Source: Mobula hypostoma (taxonomy: Eukaryota). From it: a stretch of DNA of 64,000 nucleotides. Positions 13,021-26,191 of the stretch are shown piece after piece (the first letter of the stretch is position 1; the number at the start of each line of letters is the position of its first letter). The stretch spans positions 249,056,001 to 249,120,000 of the forward strand of contig NC_086097.1 of NCBI RefSeq assembly GCF_963921235.1, written 5' to 3'. The notes beneath the pieces are model-generated. The model worked only from the letters and a program-made list of their open reading frames with translations. It did not search any database and was not told where the DNA came from. The position numbers were made by a program, and so were the translations under genes.

Positions 13021-13231
13021 GTAGGTTCAATCATTGTCTTGTTGGAAAACCTCAGGAAAAGTAGGATGAGTATTTTCAAGAGTCATCATCATCATCATCA
13101 TCACCATCATCATCATTATGTGCCATGTTGTATGACATGGGCAATCCTAATCTTTTGATGACCATGATTGTTCTAGGCAAATTTTTCTACAGAAGTGGTT
13201 TGCCATTGCCTTCTGGGCAGTGTCTTTACAA

Positions 13232-14990
13232 GGGGTTCTGCATAGGTACGTTCCAATGAGACAGGGAAAGGATGGTAGTGTACAAAGGCAGTTGTAAATC
13301 TAGTCAAGAAGAAAAGAAGAGTTTATGAAAGGTTCAAAAAACTAGGTAACGATAGAGATCTAGAAGATTATAAGGCTAGCAGGAAGGAGCTTAAGAACGA
13401 AATTAGGAGAGCCATAAGGGGCCATGGGAAGACCTTGGCAAGCAGGATTAAAGAAAATCCCAAGGCATTCTACAAGTATGTGAAGAGCACGATGATAAGA
13501 TGTGAGAGAATAGGACCAATCAAGTGTGACAGTGGAAAAGTGTGTATGCAACCAGAGGAGATAGCAGAGGTACTTAATGAAAACTTTGCTTCAGTATTCA
13601 CTACGGGAAAGGATCTTGGAGATTGTAGGGATGACTTGCAATGGACTGAAAAGCTTGAGCATGTAGATATTAAGAAAGAGGATGTGCTGGAGCTTTTGGA
13701 AAGCATCAAGTTGGATAAGTCACCGGGACCAGATAGGATGTACCCCAGGCTACTGTGGAAAGCAAGGGAAGAGAGGGCTGAGCCTCTGGCGATGATCTTT
13801 GCATCATCAATGAGGACGGGAGAGATTCCAGAAGATTGAAGGGCTGTGGATGTTGTTCCCTTATTCAAGAAAGGGAGAAGAGATAGTCTAGGAAATTATA
13901 GACCAGTGAGTCTTACTTCAGTGATTGGTAAGTTGATGGAGAAGATCCTGAGAGGCAGGATTTATGAACATTTGGAGAGGCATAATATGATTGAGAATAA
14001 TCAGCATGGCTTTGTCAAAGGCAGGTTATGCCTTATGAGCCTGATTGAATTTTTTGAGGATGTGACTAAACACATTGATGAAGGTAGAGCAGTAGATGTA
14101 GTGTATATGGATTTCAGCAAGGCATTTGATTAGGTACCCCATGCAAGGCTTATTGAGAAACTAAGGAGGCATGGAATCCAAGGGGACATTGCCTTGTGGA
14201 TCCAGAACTGGCTTGCCCACAGAATGCAAAGAATGATTTTAGATGGGTAATATTCTGCATGGAGTTGGTGACCAGTTGTGTGCCTCAGGGATCTGTTCTG
14301 GGTCCTTACTCTTTGTGATTTTTATAAATGACCTGGATGAGGAAGTGGGAGGATGGGTTAGTAAATTTGCTGATGACACAAAGGTTGGGGGTGTTGCGGA
14401 TAGTGTGGATTGTGAATTATGAGGGGTATAGGTGGGGCTTTTTCAGCTGAGGTTGGGTTGAGATCAAGAGCCGAAAGATAATGTTGCAGCTTTATAGGAC
14501 CCTGGTCAGACCCCATTTGGAGTACTGTGCTCAGTTCTGGTCGCCTCACTACAGGAAAGACGTGGAAACCATAGAAAGGGTGCAGAGGAGATTTACAAGG
14601 ATGTTGCCTGGATTGGGGAGCATGCCTTATGAGAATAGGTTGAGTGAACCCGGCCTTTTCTCCTTGGAGTGACGGAGGATGAGAGATGACCTGATAGAGA
14701 TGTACAAGATAATGAGAGGCATTGATCGTGTAGATAGTCAGAGGCTTTTCCCCAGGGCTGAAATGGCTAGAACGAGAGAGTACAGTTTTAAGGTGCTTTG
14801 AAGCAGGTACAGAGGAGATGTCAGGGGTAAGTTTTTATGCAGAGAGTAGTGAGTGCGTGGAACGGGCTGCCAACGATGGTGGTGGAGGCGGATATGGTAG
14901 GGTCTTTTAAGAGATTCCTGGATAGGTACATGGAGCTTAGAGAAATAGAGGGTAATGTATAATCCTAGGTAATTTCGAAGATAAGGACGT
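13232..14990 (+). mobile_element. CR1 LINE ORF2 fragment (degenerate, internally deleted)
   Basis: KSPGPD, PLFKKG..NYRPVSLTS, QHGF, VYMDFSKAFD and KFADDTK motifs. Confidence 0.95.
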
Positions 14991-15039
14991 AGCTCCAAAT
15001 GTTGATCCACACTCTAAGCTCATCCGCCTTATTCATGAT

Positions 15040-16345
15040 ACTCCTCTCATTAAAATAGACACATCTCAAACCGTTGGTCTGAGTGCGTCCTTTCTCTATC
15101 ACCTGCTTATCCTCCCTCTCGCACCGTCTCCAAGCTTTCTCTATTTGTGAGTCAACCTCCCTTTCCTCTGTAACTTCAATTTGGTTCCCACCCCCTCCAC
15201 CCCCGCAATTCTAGTTTAAACTCTCCCCAGTAGCCTTAGCAAACCTCCCCGCCAGGATATTGGTCCCCCTTGGGATTCAAGTGTAACCCATCCTTTTTGT
15301 ACAGATCACACCTGCCCAAAAGAGGTCCCAATGATCCAGAAATCTGAATCTCTGCCCCCTGCTCCAATCCCTCAGCCACGCATTTATCCTCCACCTCATC
15401 CTATTCCTATACTCACTGTCACGTGGCACAGGCAGTAATCCTGAGATTACTACCTTTGCAGCCCTACTCAACTTCCTTCCTAACCCCCTGTAGTCTGTTT
15501 TCAGGACCTCCTCCCTTTTCCTCCCTATGTTGTTGGTACCAATGTGTACCACAACTTCTGGCTGTTCACTTTCCCACTTCAAGATATCGTGGACACGATC
15601 AGAGACATCCCGGACCCTGGCACCTGGGAGGCAAACTACCAACTGCGTTTCTTTCCTGTATCCACAGAATCACCTGTCTGACCCCCTAACTATAGAGTCC
15701 CCTGTCACTGCTGCCATCCTCTTCCTTTCCCTACCCTTCTGAGCCACAGGGCCAGACTCCGTGCCAGAGGCACGACCACTGTTGCTTCCCCCAGGTAGGT
15801 CGCTCCCCCCAACAGTACTCAAGCAGGAGTACTTACTGTCAAGGGGTACAGTCACTGGGGTACTCTCTAGTATCTGACTCCTGCCCTTCTCACTCCTGAC
15901 TGTTACCCAGTTATCTGTCTCCCCAGGCCCTGGTGTGACTACCTGCCTATAGCTCCTATCTATCACCTCCTCACTTTCCCTGACCAGACAAAGGTCATCG
16001 AGCTGCATCTTCAGTTCCCTAATGTGGTCCCTAAGGAGCTTCAGCTCGATGCACCTGATGCAGATGTGGCTGTCCGGGAGGCTGGGAGTCTCCCACACCT
16101 CCCACATCTGACACCGAGCACAGAAAACCGGCCTCACACACGTACTTTCTGTCTGTATTCTACACAGGCAATCTACCTTGCCTCGACCCGTTATCGCCGA
16201 AGCCCCATTGAGCCAAAGCCTTCCTACTCTGTCTCCCTTTATTTCGACGCCCGCTTCTCGGACGCCCACTGTATAAATCTGTCTTCTTTTTAAACTCTTC
16301 TCGCCCTTCTCACTGGCTGATGTCCATGCGCTTGCGCAGTCGTGC
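15040..16345 (-). mobile_element. CR1 5' region with ORF1 (zinc finger/leucine zipper + SGNH esterase-like domain)
   Basis: C..C.MW...C..C, GDSIVRG, CLPGARV, VVVHIGTNNIG and VISGLLP motifs. Confidence 0.9.
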
Positions 16346-17021
16346 CCAGTTCAATCCACTGAAGTAAAACAATAAGGTCTTTTAAGAGACTCCTGGATAG
16401 GTACATGGAGCTTAGAAAAATAGAGGGTTATGGGTAAGCCTGGGAGTTCTAAGGTAAGGACATGTTCAGCACAGCTTTGAGGGCCAAAGGACCTGTATTG
16501 TGCTGTAGGTATTCTATGTTTCTGTTTCTATATTTGTCCACATGAAGAGGAGAGCGAGTTTATAAAGCTGGCGGGAGCAAAGGATGATGGGAATGGTAGG
16601 GTGGAGCGCCATGGGAGAGGTGTGGGACAGGTGGCAGTGAAAGAGTGCCAGGGGCAGGGGGTGGCATGGGTGTAGACACACCAGCCCTGAGACACCGGGC
16701 AAGATCATTTCATTCCAAACAAATGGATTATTGATCATTACAAAATATCTTTCTGGTGCTTTCTGCTCCCTCTTCTTTCCCTTCCCCTTTTTCCAACCAT
16801 GATTCCCTACTCCCTGTCCCCTTCCCACTCTCAGTCCACAATCGATACCCGTATCAGAATCAGGTTTATCATCACTCCCATATGTCATGAAATTTGTTGT
16901 TTTGTTGCGCCAACAGTACAGTGCATTATGTAAAATTATTGTAATACTATACAATAGTCTTTGGCACCCTAGCTATACATGTATGCTTCAGACTATTGGA
17001 CAGTACTGTATAACCTCTAGT

Positions 17022-17750
17022 TACATAGAAACATAGAAAACCAACAGCACAATACAGGCCCTTCAGCCCACAATGCTGTGCCAAACATGAACTCACTTTA
17101 GAAATTACCTAGGGTTACCCATAGCCCTCTATTTTTCTAAGCTCCATGTACCTATCCAGGAGACTTAAAAGACCCCTATCGTAACCGCCTCCACCACCAT
17201 TGCCGGCAGCCCATTCCACACACTCACCACTCTCTGAGTAAAAAAACTTACCCCTGATATCTCTTCTGTACCTACTTCCGAGCACCTTAAAACTATGCCC
17301 TCTCATGTTAGCCACTTCAGCCCTAGGAAAAAGCCTCTGACTAACCACACGATCAATGCCTCTCATCGTCTTATACACCTCTATCAGGTCACCCAGAAGG
17401 CCAAATTCACTCAAGCTATTCTCATAAGACATGCTCCCCAATCCAGGCAACATCCTTGTAAATCTCCTCTGCACCCTTTCTATGGTTTCCACATTCTTCC
17501 TGTAGTGAGGCGACCAGAACTGAGCACAGTACTCCAAGTGGGGTCTGACCAGGGTCCTGTACAGCTGCAACATTACCTCTCGGCTCTTGATCTCAACCCA
17601 ACCTCAGTAGAAAAAGCCCCTTCCATACCCCTCATAACGTTGTATACCTCCATCGAATCTCCCCTCATTCTCCTGCGCTCCAAGGAACGAAGTCCAAACC
17701 TGTTCAACACTTCCCTCTAACTCAGGTCCTCAAGTCCCAGCAACATTCTT
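17022..17750 (-). mobile_element. CR1 3' fragment (chimeric). Further CR1 tails: ~16376-16530(+), 18392-18838(-), 19905-20350(-), 24190-25770(-), 41840-42170(+), 43225-43540(+), 55163-55790(-)
   Basis: MLQLYRTLVRPHLEYC motif; CR1 3' UTR with 8-bp terminal repeats (catagaaa or accataag). Confidence 0.85.
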
Positions 17751-18956
17751 GCCAATTGTGTTGCTCCAGGTTTCCAGCATCTGCAGAATCTTTTGTGTTT
17801 ACTTTTTAAACCTTCAATCACTATCTACTCTCTTTCCAAAAGATCTTATCTTCAGGGCATAAAGATGCATGTGAGTTTGCTTGGGCCTTATTGACAGGAA
17901 TTAGTACAATTTATTTTCTTCAATAGCTCATCGCTATTCGTAGATGGTGAGAGAGAGGGATTGTATGACACCCCCTCCCACCCCCGTCACTTCTGATGGC
18001 CCGCATCTTAGGCAGCTGAAGAAATCGTTGCCAACACACTCAAAATGCTGGAGGAACTCAGCAGGTCAGGCAGCACCTATGGAAATGAATATACAGTCGA
18101 CGTCTCAGCCCAAGTGCCTTCTTCAGGACAGAGAGGGAAGGGGGAAGATGCCAGAATAAGAATGTGGGGAGTGGGGAAAGAGGCTAGCTGGAAGATGACA
18201 GGTGAAGCCAGGTGGGTGGGTAAGGTCAAGGGCTGGAGAAGAAGGAATCTGATGGGAGAGGAGGGTGGAATTTGGGAGAAAAGGAAGGGGGAGGAGAATA
18301 GAAGTAGTTACAGTGTTGGATCAGATCTTCTAAAATCTCCTCATCACTGAAAATCTTTTGTGCCTCCTGTTCTTTCTAACCCTTTTAACAGAGAAACATA
18401 GAAATCTACAGCATATTACAGGCCCTTTGGCCCACAATGTTATGCTGACCATGTAACCTATAGAATTTCCCTTCTGCATAGCCCTCTATTTTTCTAAGCT
18501 CTATGTACCTATCTAAGAGGTTCTTAAAAGACCCTATTATATCCACTTCCACCACCGTCACTGACAGTGCATTCCTCGCATCCACCACTCTCCGTGTGAA
18601 AACCAGCCTTGATATCCCCTCTGTAAATATTTTCAAGCGCCTTAACACCATTCCCCCTCGTTTTAGCCACTTCAGCCCTGGAAAAATGCCTCTCATCATC
18701 TTATACATTTCTATCAGGTCACATCTCATCCTCTATTGCTCCAAGGAGAAAAGGCCAAGTTCACTCAACCTGCTTTCATCAGGCACACTCTCCAATCCAG
18801 GCAACATCCTTGTAAATCTCCTCTGCACTCTCTCTATAAGTGTCCTCCCTGCCAGCAATGTAGATGATAAGCCGGCCTGCACAGATCCACATGTAGGCTT
18901 TCACCATTTTTGCATCCTCTTGTTACATCAGACTCCTTATTTTGTTTTGACTGCAG

Positions 18957-19031
18957 GGTGAAAAGGGTGAGCCTGGAGGTATTTTGGCCACAGATACCTC
19001 AATGCTGGCCTTGTCAGTAAAAGGTGAAAAG
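18957..19031 (+). CDS. COL15A1: Collagen XV exon (GEKGEPGGILATDTSMLALSVKGEK), 75 bp, with a non-collagenous interruption
   Basis: ctgcag/gtgagt splice sites. Resembles human GEKGEPGAILTEDIPLERLMGKK. Confidence 0.92.
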
Positions 19032-19657
19032 GTGAGTGTAGCAGATGGTGGAAGGGGAATTTAATTGTCTGTTGATTAAACCAAGATTGTTTGATGCTTT
19101 AAATCCTGGCGAATCACGTAATTAGAATGTATCTTGGCTATTGATCACTAATCCTGACTATTTATCATCCAATTATAACTTGGCTTGATCACTGCTCATC
19201 ACTTTCCCAGGCAATAGATCACATAATTGTAACTCATCTTGGCTATTGATCACTTACTCATCATTTAACCTGGCTGTTGATTATTTCATGATAACTTATC
19301 TGGAATCAGAGTCAGAAATCAGGTTTAATATCACTGGCATATGTCATGAAATATGTTGCCATGCCGCAGCTGTATAACCACAAAAATTGTAAACTACAGT
19401 AAGAAGTGTTTAGATTTTTTAAAGTTGTTAAACAAGCGGTGCAGAAAGGGAGAGAAAAGACAAAGTAGCAAGATATCGTTCGAGGTGAGCAACGTCCATT
19501 CAGAGATCTGCTGGAGCGGGGAAAAGCTGTTCCTGAATCGTTAAGGAAATGATCACTTATATTGGCTATTGTTCACACAGTTATAACTTACCTTAGTTAT
19601 TGATCACTTATCCCGGTTATTGATCATGTAATTAATTATATTTTATCTTCCTCACAG

Positions 19658-19693
19658 GGTCAACGTGGCCCGCAAGGACCCTCTGGGCCTCTG
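19658..19693 (+). CDS. COL15A1: Collagen XV exon (GQRGPQGPSGPL), 36 bp
   Basis: ctcacag/gtagga splice sites; four Gly-X-Y triplets; phase 0-0. Confidence 0.9.
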
Positions 19694-20650
19694 GTAGGAA
19701 GTCTTTACACATTGGACTTTCCTTTTCTGCATGAGTTATGATTTGAATTGTAGATTATAATGCCCCTCTTACTGGGACTTCATATTAATTATGGGAGTTT
19801 CAGAAGGCACCACACAGATTTGCCCAGATGCTATTGGGGTGAAGTTTCATGCAGTGAGGGTGGGGAAGATCAACTCAGACCCCTGATGATGATGAAGAAG
19901 ATACCTTAGACCCATAGGCTATTTGGCCCATCAAGTCTGCTCCACCATTTCAGCTGGCTGATCCATTCTCGCCAATCTGCCTTCTCCCCGTATCCCTTCA
20001 TGACCTGACTAATCAAGAACGTATCAACCTCTGCCTTAAATATATTCAATGACTTGGCCTCCACTGCCATCTGTGGCAATGAATTCCACAGATTCACCAC
20101 CCTCTGGCTAAAGAAATTCCTCCACATCTCTGTTCTGAATGGACATCCCTCTATTCTGAGGCTGTGTCCTTTGAGGCTGGTGATCTTATGGAAGAATTCA
20201 AAATAATCATAAGAGATAGGAGCAGAATTAGGCCATTTGGCCCATTGAGTCTGTTCTGCCATTTCATCAGGTCTAATCCATTTTTCCTCTAAGCCCCAAT
20301 CTCCTGCCTTCTCCCTGTAATCTTTGATGCCCTGACTAACTAAGAACCTTACTGTTGCAATATACATTTCACTATATGTTTCGATGTACATGTGATAAAT
20401 AAATGAATCTGAACTCTGATTCTGAGGGAGGGACGAAATGGAAATGCTCTGTGTTTCCCCAAGCAAGGGCCTAAAGGAGGGGGAGGCAAGTGATTAGGAC
20501 GATCTCAGAGCAGCATTTAACTATGTATTCATTTGAAAATACGGCTGCATGTTTATTTCTTCTCAAACAACAGAGATTGTTTCTTGTGTCCTGACTGGAA
20601 TCAAATGGAGGGTGTGACGCAATGTCTTGTCTCTTGGACTTGTTTTGTAG

Positions 20651-20704
20651 GGGCCGATGGGGCATCAAGGGCCAAAAGGAGAGCTTGGTTTTCCAGGCAG
20701 ACAT
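20651..20704 (+). CDS. COL15A1: Collagen XV exon (GPMGHQGPKGELGFPGRH), 54 bp
   Basis: ttgtag/gtaagt splice sites; Gly-X-Y. Confidence 0.93.
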
Positions 20705-20796
20705 GTAAGTTCAAAAGCATTACAGAGAGAAAAAAACAACATGAAATATTCAGAGCAGATAAATAAATAATCAGTGGATGTGTTTTGTTTTTGCAG

Positions 20797-20856
20797 GGTC
20801 GCCCAGGCATAAATGGTAGAAAGGGTCAGAAAGGTGAACCAGCATTAACTCCCGTG
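20797..20856 (+). CDS. COL15A1: Collagen XV exon (GRPGINGRKGQKGEPALTPV), 60 bp
   Basis: ttgcag/gtacga splice sites. Resembles human GRPGLNGLKGTKGDPGVIMQ and has the same length. Confidence 0.9.
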
Positions 20857-21094
20857 GTACGAGTGCTCTGATGAAATCTAATCAGAGCAGTTTATATTTC
20901 TCTTGATCTATGCGTCTCTCGAGAGATTATGGATAAAGACTGGCGAGTATATCATTCATACTGTGCAGGAATCGCACACTTTCCTGGGAGGCTAGCAGTT
21001 CAGATGCATGCTTCATCCATGAGATTTACAGCCTCACTAATCGATATTTTTTGACATATCTCACTCCCTTTTGAACAACATTCATTGCCTCCTC

Positions 21095-23925
21095 TTGCCA
21101 ACAGCTCTCCCTCTCTTGCCAACAAATTTCCCTCTCTCATCAACAGATTTCCCCTCTCTCACCAGCAGCTCTCCCCATCTCACCAGCAGCTCTCCCTCTC
21201 TCACCAACAGATCCCCCTCTCTCCCCAGCAGCTCTCTCCCCTCACCAACAGATCTCCCCTCTCTCACCAGCCCCTCTCCCCTCACCAGCAGCTCTCCCCC
21301 TCACCAGCAGCTCTCCCCCCTCTCACCAACAGCTCTCTCCCTCCCACCAGCAGCTCTTCTCCTCTCACCAGCAGGTATCTCCCTCTCACCAGCAGCTCTC
21401 CCCCTCTCACCAACAGATCTCCCCCTCTCACCAGCAGCTCTTCTCCCTCTCACCAGCAGCTCTTCTCCCCTCACCAGCAGCTCTCCCCTCTCACCAGCAG
21501 CTCTCCCCTCTCACCAGCAGCTCTCCCCTCTTACCAGCAGGTATCCCCCTCTCGCCAGCAGCTCTCCCCCCACTCGCCAGCAGCTCTCCCCCTCTCACCA
21601 ACAGATCTCCCCCTCTCACCAACAGATCTCCCCCTCACCAACAGCTCTCCCCCTCTCACCAGCAGCTCTCCCCCTCTCACCAACAGATCTCCCCCTCTCA
21701 CCAACAGATCTCCCCCTCTCACCAGCAGCTCTTCTCCCTCTCACCAGCAGCTCTTCTCCCTCTCACCAGCAGCTCTTCTCCCTCTCACCAGCAGCTCTTC
21801 TCCCTCTCACCAGCAGCTCTTCTCCTCCTCACCAGCAGCTCTCCCCTCTCACCAGCAGTTCTCCCTCTCATCAGCAGCTCTTCTCCCTCTCACCAACAGC
21901 TCTCCCCCCTCTCGTCAACAGCTCTCCCCCGTCTCGCCAACAGCTCTCTCCCTCTCACCAGCAGCTCTTCTCCCTCTCACCAGCAGGTATCCCCCTCTCA
22001 CCAACAGATCTCCCCCTCTCACCAACAGTTCTCCCCCCTCACCAGCAGCTCTCCCCATCTCACCAGCAGCTCTCCCCCTCTCACCAGCAGCTCTCCCCTC
22101 TCACCAGCAGCTCTCCCCTCTCACCAGCAGGTATCCCCCTCTCGCCAGCAGCTCTCCCTCCACTCGCCAGCAGCTCTCCCCCTCTCACCAACAGATCTCC
22201 CCCTCTCACCAGCAGCTCTTCTCCCTCTCACCAGCAGCTCTTCTCCTCCTCGCCAGCAGCTCTCCCCTCTCACTAGCAGTTCTCCCTCTCATCAGCAGCT
22301 CTTCTCCCCTCACCAGCAGCTCTCCCCCTCTCACCAGCAGCTGTTCTCCCCTCACCAGCAGCTCTCCCCACTGTCGCCAACAACTCTCTCCCTCTCACCA
22401 GCAGCTCTTCTCCCTCTCACCAACAGGTATCCCCCTCACCAGCAGGTATCCCCCTCTCACGAGCAGCTCTCCCCCCTCTCACCAGCAGCTCTCCCTCTCA
22501 CCAGCAGCTCTCCCCCTCTCACCAGCAGTTCTTCTCCCTCTCACCAGCAGCTCTCCCCCTCACCAGCAGCACTCCCCCTCGCCAGCAGCTCTCCCCCTCT
22601 CACCAGCAGCTCTTCTCCCCCTCACCAGCAGCTCTCCCCTCTCACCAACAGATCTCCCTCTCTCACCAGCAGCTCCCCCTCTCACCAGCAGCTCTCCCCC
22701 CTCACCAGCAGCTCTTCTCCCTCTCACCAGCAGCTCTCCACCTCTCACCAGAAGCTCTCCCCCTCACCAGCAGCACACACCCCTCACCAGCAGCTCTCCC
22801 CCTCTCACCAGCAGCTTTTCTCCCTCTCACCAACAGCTCTCCCCCCTCTCGCCAACAGCTCTCCCTCTCACCAGCAGCTCTTCTCCCTCTCACCAGCAGG
22901 TATCCCCCTCTCACCAACAGATCTCCCCCTCTCACCAACAGTTCTCCCCCCTCACCAGCAGCTCTCCCCATCTCACCAGCAGCTCTCCCCCTCTCACCAA
23001 CAGATCCCCCCTCTCACCAGCAGCTCTTCTCCCTCTCACCAGCAGCTCTTCTCCCCTCACCAGCAGCTCTCCCTCTCACCAGCAGCTCTCCCCTCTCACC
23101 AGCAGGTATCCCCCTCTCGCCAACAGCTCTCTCCCTCTCACCAGCAGCTCTCTCCCTCTCACCAACAGCTCTCTCCCTCTCACCAGCAGCTCTTCTCCCT
23201 CTCACCAGCAGGTATCCCCCTCACCAGCAGGTATCCCCCTCTCACGAGCAGCTCTCCCCCCTCTCACCAGCAGCTCTCCTCCTGTCACCAGCAGCTCTCC
23301 CCCTCACCAACAGATCTCCCCTCTCACCAGCAGCTCTTCTCCCTCTCACCAGCAGCTCTCCCCCTCTCACCAGCAGTTCTTTTCGCTCTCACCAGCAGCT
23401 CTCCCCCTCACCAGCAGCACTCTCCCCTCACCAGCAGCTCTCCCCCTCTCACCAGCAGCTCTTCCCCTCACCAGCAGCTCTTCTCCCTCTCACCAGCAGC
23501 TCTTCCCCTCACCAGCAGCTCTCCCCTCTCACCAACAGATCTCCCTCTCTCACCAGCAGATCCCCCTCTCACCAGCAGCTCTCTCCCCTCACCAGCAGCT
23601 CTTCTCCCTCTCACCAGCAGCTCTCCACCTCTCACCAGCAGCTCTCCCCCTCACCAGCAGCTCTCCCCATCTCACCAGCAGCTCTCCCCCTCTCACCAGC
23701 AGCTCTTCCCCCTCACCAGCAGCTCTTCTCCATCTCACCAGCAGCTCTCCACCTCTCACCAGCAGCTCTCCCCCCTCACCAGCAGCACTCCCCCCCCGCG
23801 CCAGCAGCTCTCCCCCTCTCACCAGCAGCTCTTCTCCCCTCACCAGCAGCTCTCCCCTCTCACCAACAGACCTCCCCTTCTCTCACCAACAGATCTCCCC
23901 CTCTCACCAGCAGCTTTCTCCCTTT
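21095..23925. repeat. ~2.8-kb pyrimidine-rich minisatellite, unit ~19-24 nt (ctcaccagcagctctcccct and variants)
   Basis: Directly visible tandem repetition of more than 100 units. Confidence 0.97.
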
Positions 23926-26191
23926 CACACAAGTTTCACACCTGGTGAAAATATTGAACTGAAGTGAGGATTTAGCCTAACCCTTGTCCATATCTCAGCT
24001 TATGTTAAAAATTCTAGTTCAAGTTTATTGTCATTCGACTATAGACGTGTACGGCAAAAGGAAATTTTTTTCCTCTGGCGCCGAGTACAGAGCTCAGTCT
24101 CTAAATTCACAGACAACAATATAGTTACAATACAGCACATTTTGTTATGATAAAGTACATATGGTCAAACTATATATGCTGTAAATAACTATAAGTCATA
24201 ACAGTAGAATTAGGTCATTCAGCCCATCTAATCTGCTGCACCATTCCATCAAGGTTTATTTGCTATCCTTCTCAACACTATTCTCCCTGCAACCTTTGAC
24301 GGCCAAACTATCAGCTTCCATTTTAAATATGCCCACCTCCACAGCCATCTGTACCAATAAGTTCCACAAGTTCACCCCACCCCCTTGGCTAAAGAAATTC
24401 CTCCTCATCTCCATTCTAAAGGGTCATCCTTGTCTTCTGAGGCTGTGCCCTCTGGTTCTCAACTTCTCCACTATAGGACACAAACTCTCCACATCCACTC
24501 TCTCTAGGCCTTTCAATATTCAATAGGTTTCAATGAGATCCCCCCCTCACTCATCTAAACTCCAGTGAAGAACAGGCCCAGAGCTATCGAGCGCTACGTT
24601 AACCCTTCCATTCCCATGGTCATTCTCGTGAACTTGCTCTGACCCTCTCCAATGCTAGCACATCCTGTCTTTGATAAGGAGTCCAAAACCTCACATGCCT
24701 AGAAAAAATGTTGAACTTAATTAAAATTTTTGACTTCCCATTATCCATACCTCAGGTTATGTTAGAAATGAAGATCAATTAAGAATCCAGATGGTTAGAA
24801 TTACCTTTTTTTTCATGGAATTGTGTGGATAGTGCCATTTTTGGAGATTGAAGTCCTCTCTCTGACATCCCTCCTATCTTTTCCTCCAATCAGCTTAAAA
24901 TTAGCCATTAACCCTGGGAAAAAGCCTCTGGCTGTTGACTCTTATTTATTCCTCTTATCATTTTGTACACCTGTATCAAGTCACCTCTCATCCTCCTTCA
25001 GTCCAAAGAGAAAACACCAAGCTTGCTCAACCTATCTCCGTGAGATACTGTACGCTCTCTAATCCAAGCAGCATCCTAGTAAATCTCTTCTGCACCCTCT
25101 CTAAAGCCGTCTCATCCTTCCTGTAATGAGGCGACCAGAACTAAACACAATACTTCCTTATTCCTCTCCATAGTTGCTGCCTGACCTGCTAAGTTCCTCC
25201 AGGATTTTGTGTGTGTTTTATTCTCAGGCTTTCTTTACTGTTTAATAAAGGTGAATATGTCTGATAGAACATAGATCTTCAAACAGTGCAGGACCTTTGG
25301 CCCTCAAAGTTGTGTCAACCTTCAAGATCAATCTAATTCTTCCCTCCACATGCCCTCCGTTTTTCTATCATTCATGTGCCTATTCAAAAGTCTCTTAAGT
25401 ATCGCTAATAGGTTGCCCTCTACCACCAGGGAACCCCATACACCCACCACTCTCTGGGTAAAAAACCTACCCCTCACATCCCCTCCTATACTTTCCCCCA
25501 ATCATCTGAAAATTATGTTCTTTTATTTTACCATTTTCTACCCTGGGGAAAAAGTCTCTGGCTGTCCACTGCATCTATGGCTCTTATCATCTTGTACATG
25601 TTGGTCACCACTCATCTTCCTTCATTCCAAAGATAAAAGCCCTAGCTCACTCAACCTTTCCCCATAAGACATGCTCTTTAGTCCAGGTAGCATCCTAGTA
25701 AATCTCCTCTGAACCGTCTCTAAAGCTTCCACATTCTATAATGATGCGACCAAAACTGGACACAATACTCCCTTATTCCCTCCATAGATGCTGCCTGACC
25801 TGCAGAGTTCCTCCAGCGTTTTGTGTGTGGATTTTCAGTTTCTGCAGAACCTCGGGTGATTACAAAACTCTTAAGTGTGGTCTAACCAGGATTTTATAGA
25901 GATGCGGCATTATCTGTGGCCCTTGTACTCTACTTCGTTTCAGTCATCTCGGTCCTTTAGTATCAGAGAATCTATACAGTATACAACTTGAAATTTGTAC
26001 TCTTCACAGACATCCACAAAAACAAGAGACCCCATAGAATGAATCAAAGCTCCCAAAGTCCCTCCTCCCCCACCCTCCGCACGAGCAGGAGCAAAATGTG
26101 ATTGCATTCTCTATGCCAAGAGTTGAGAAGGAGACTGTCATTCTTAGTCAAAAGACTAACAGAAAAACCAATCATCTGATTCCATTTTCAG

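Noticed and set aside
13084..13118. Poly-His coding tract in ORF 12889-13158
   Set aside because: It is the (CAT)n tail of a SINE, downstream of the splice donor at 13021.
21085..23967. 960-aa Ser/Pro-rich ORF (and an overlapping 401-aa ORF) as a mucin-like gene
   Set aside because: The repeat unit lacks stop codons and the translation drifts between the three unit phases. It is a by-product of the minisatellite inside a collagen intron.
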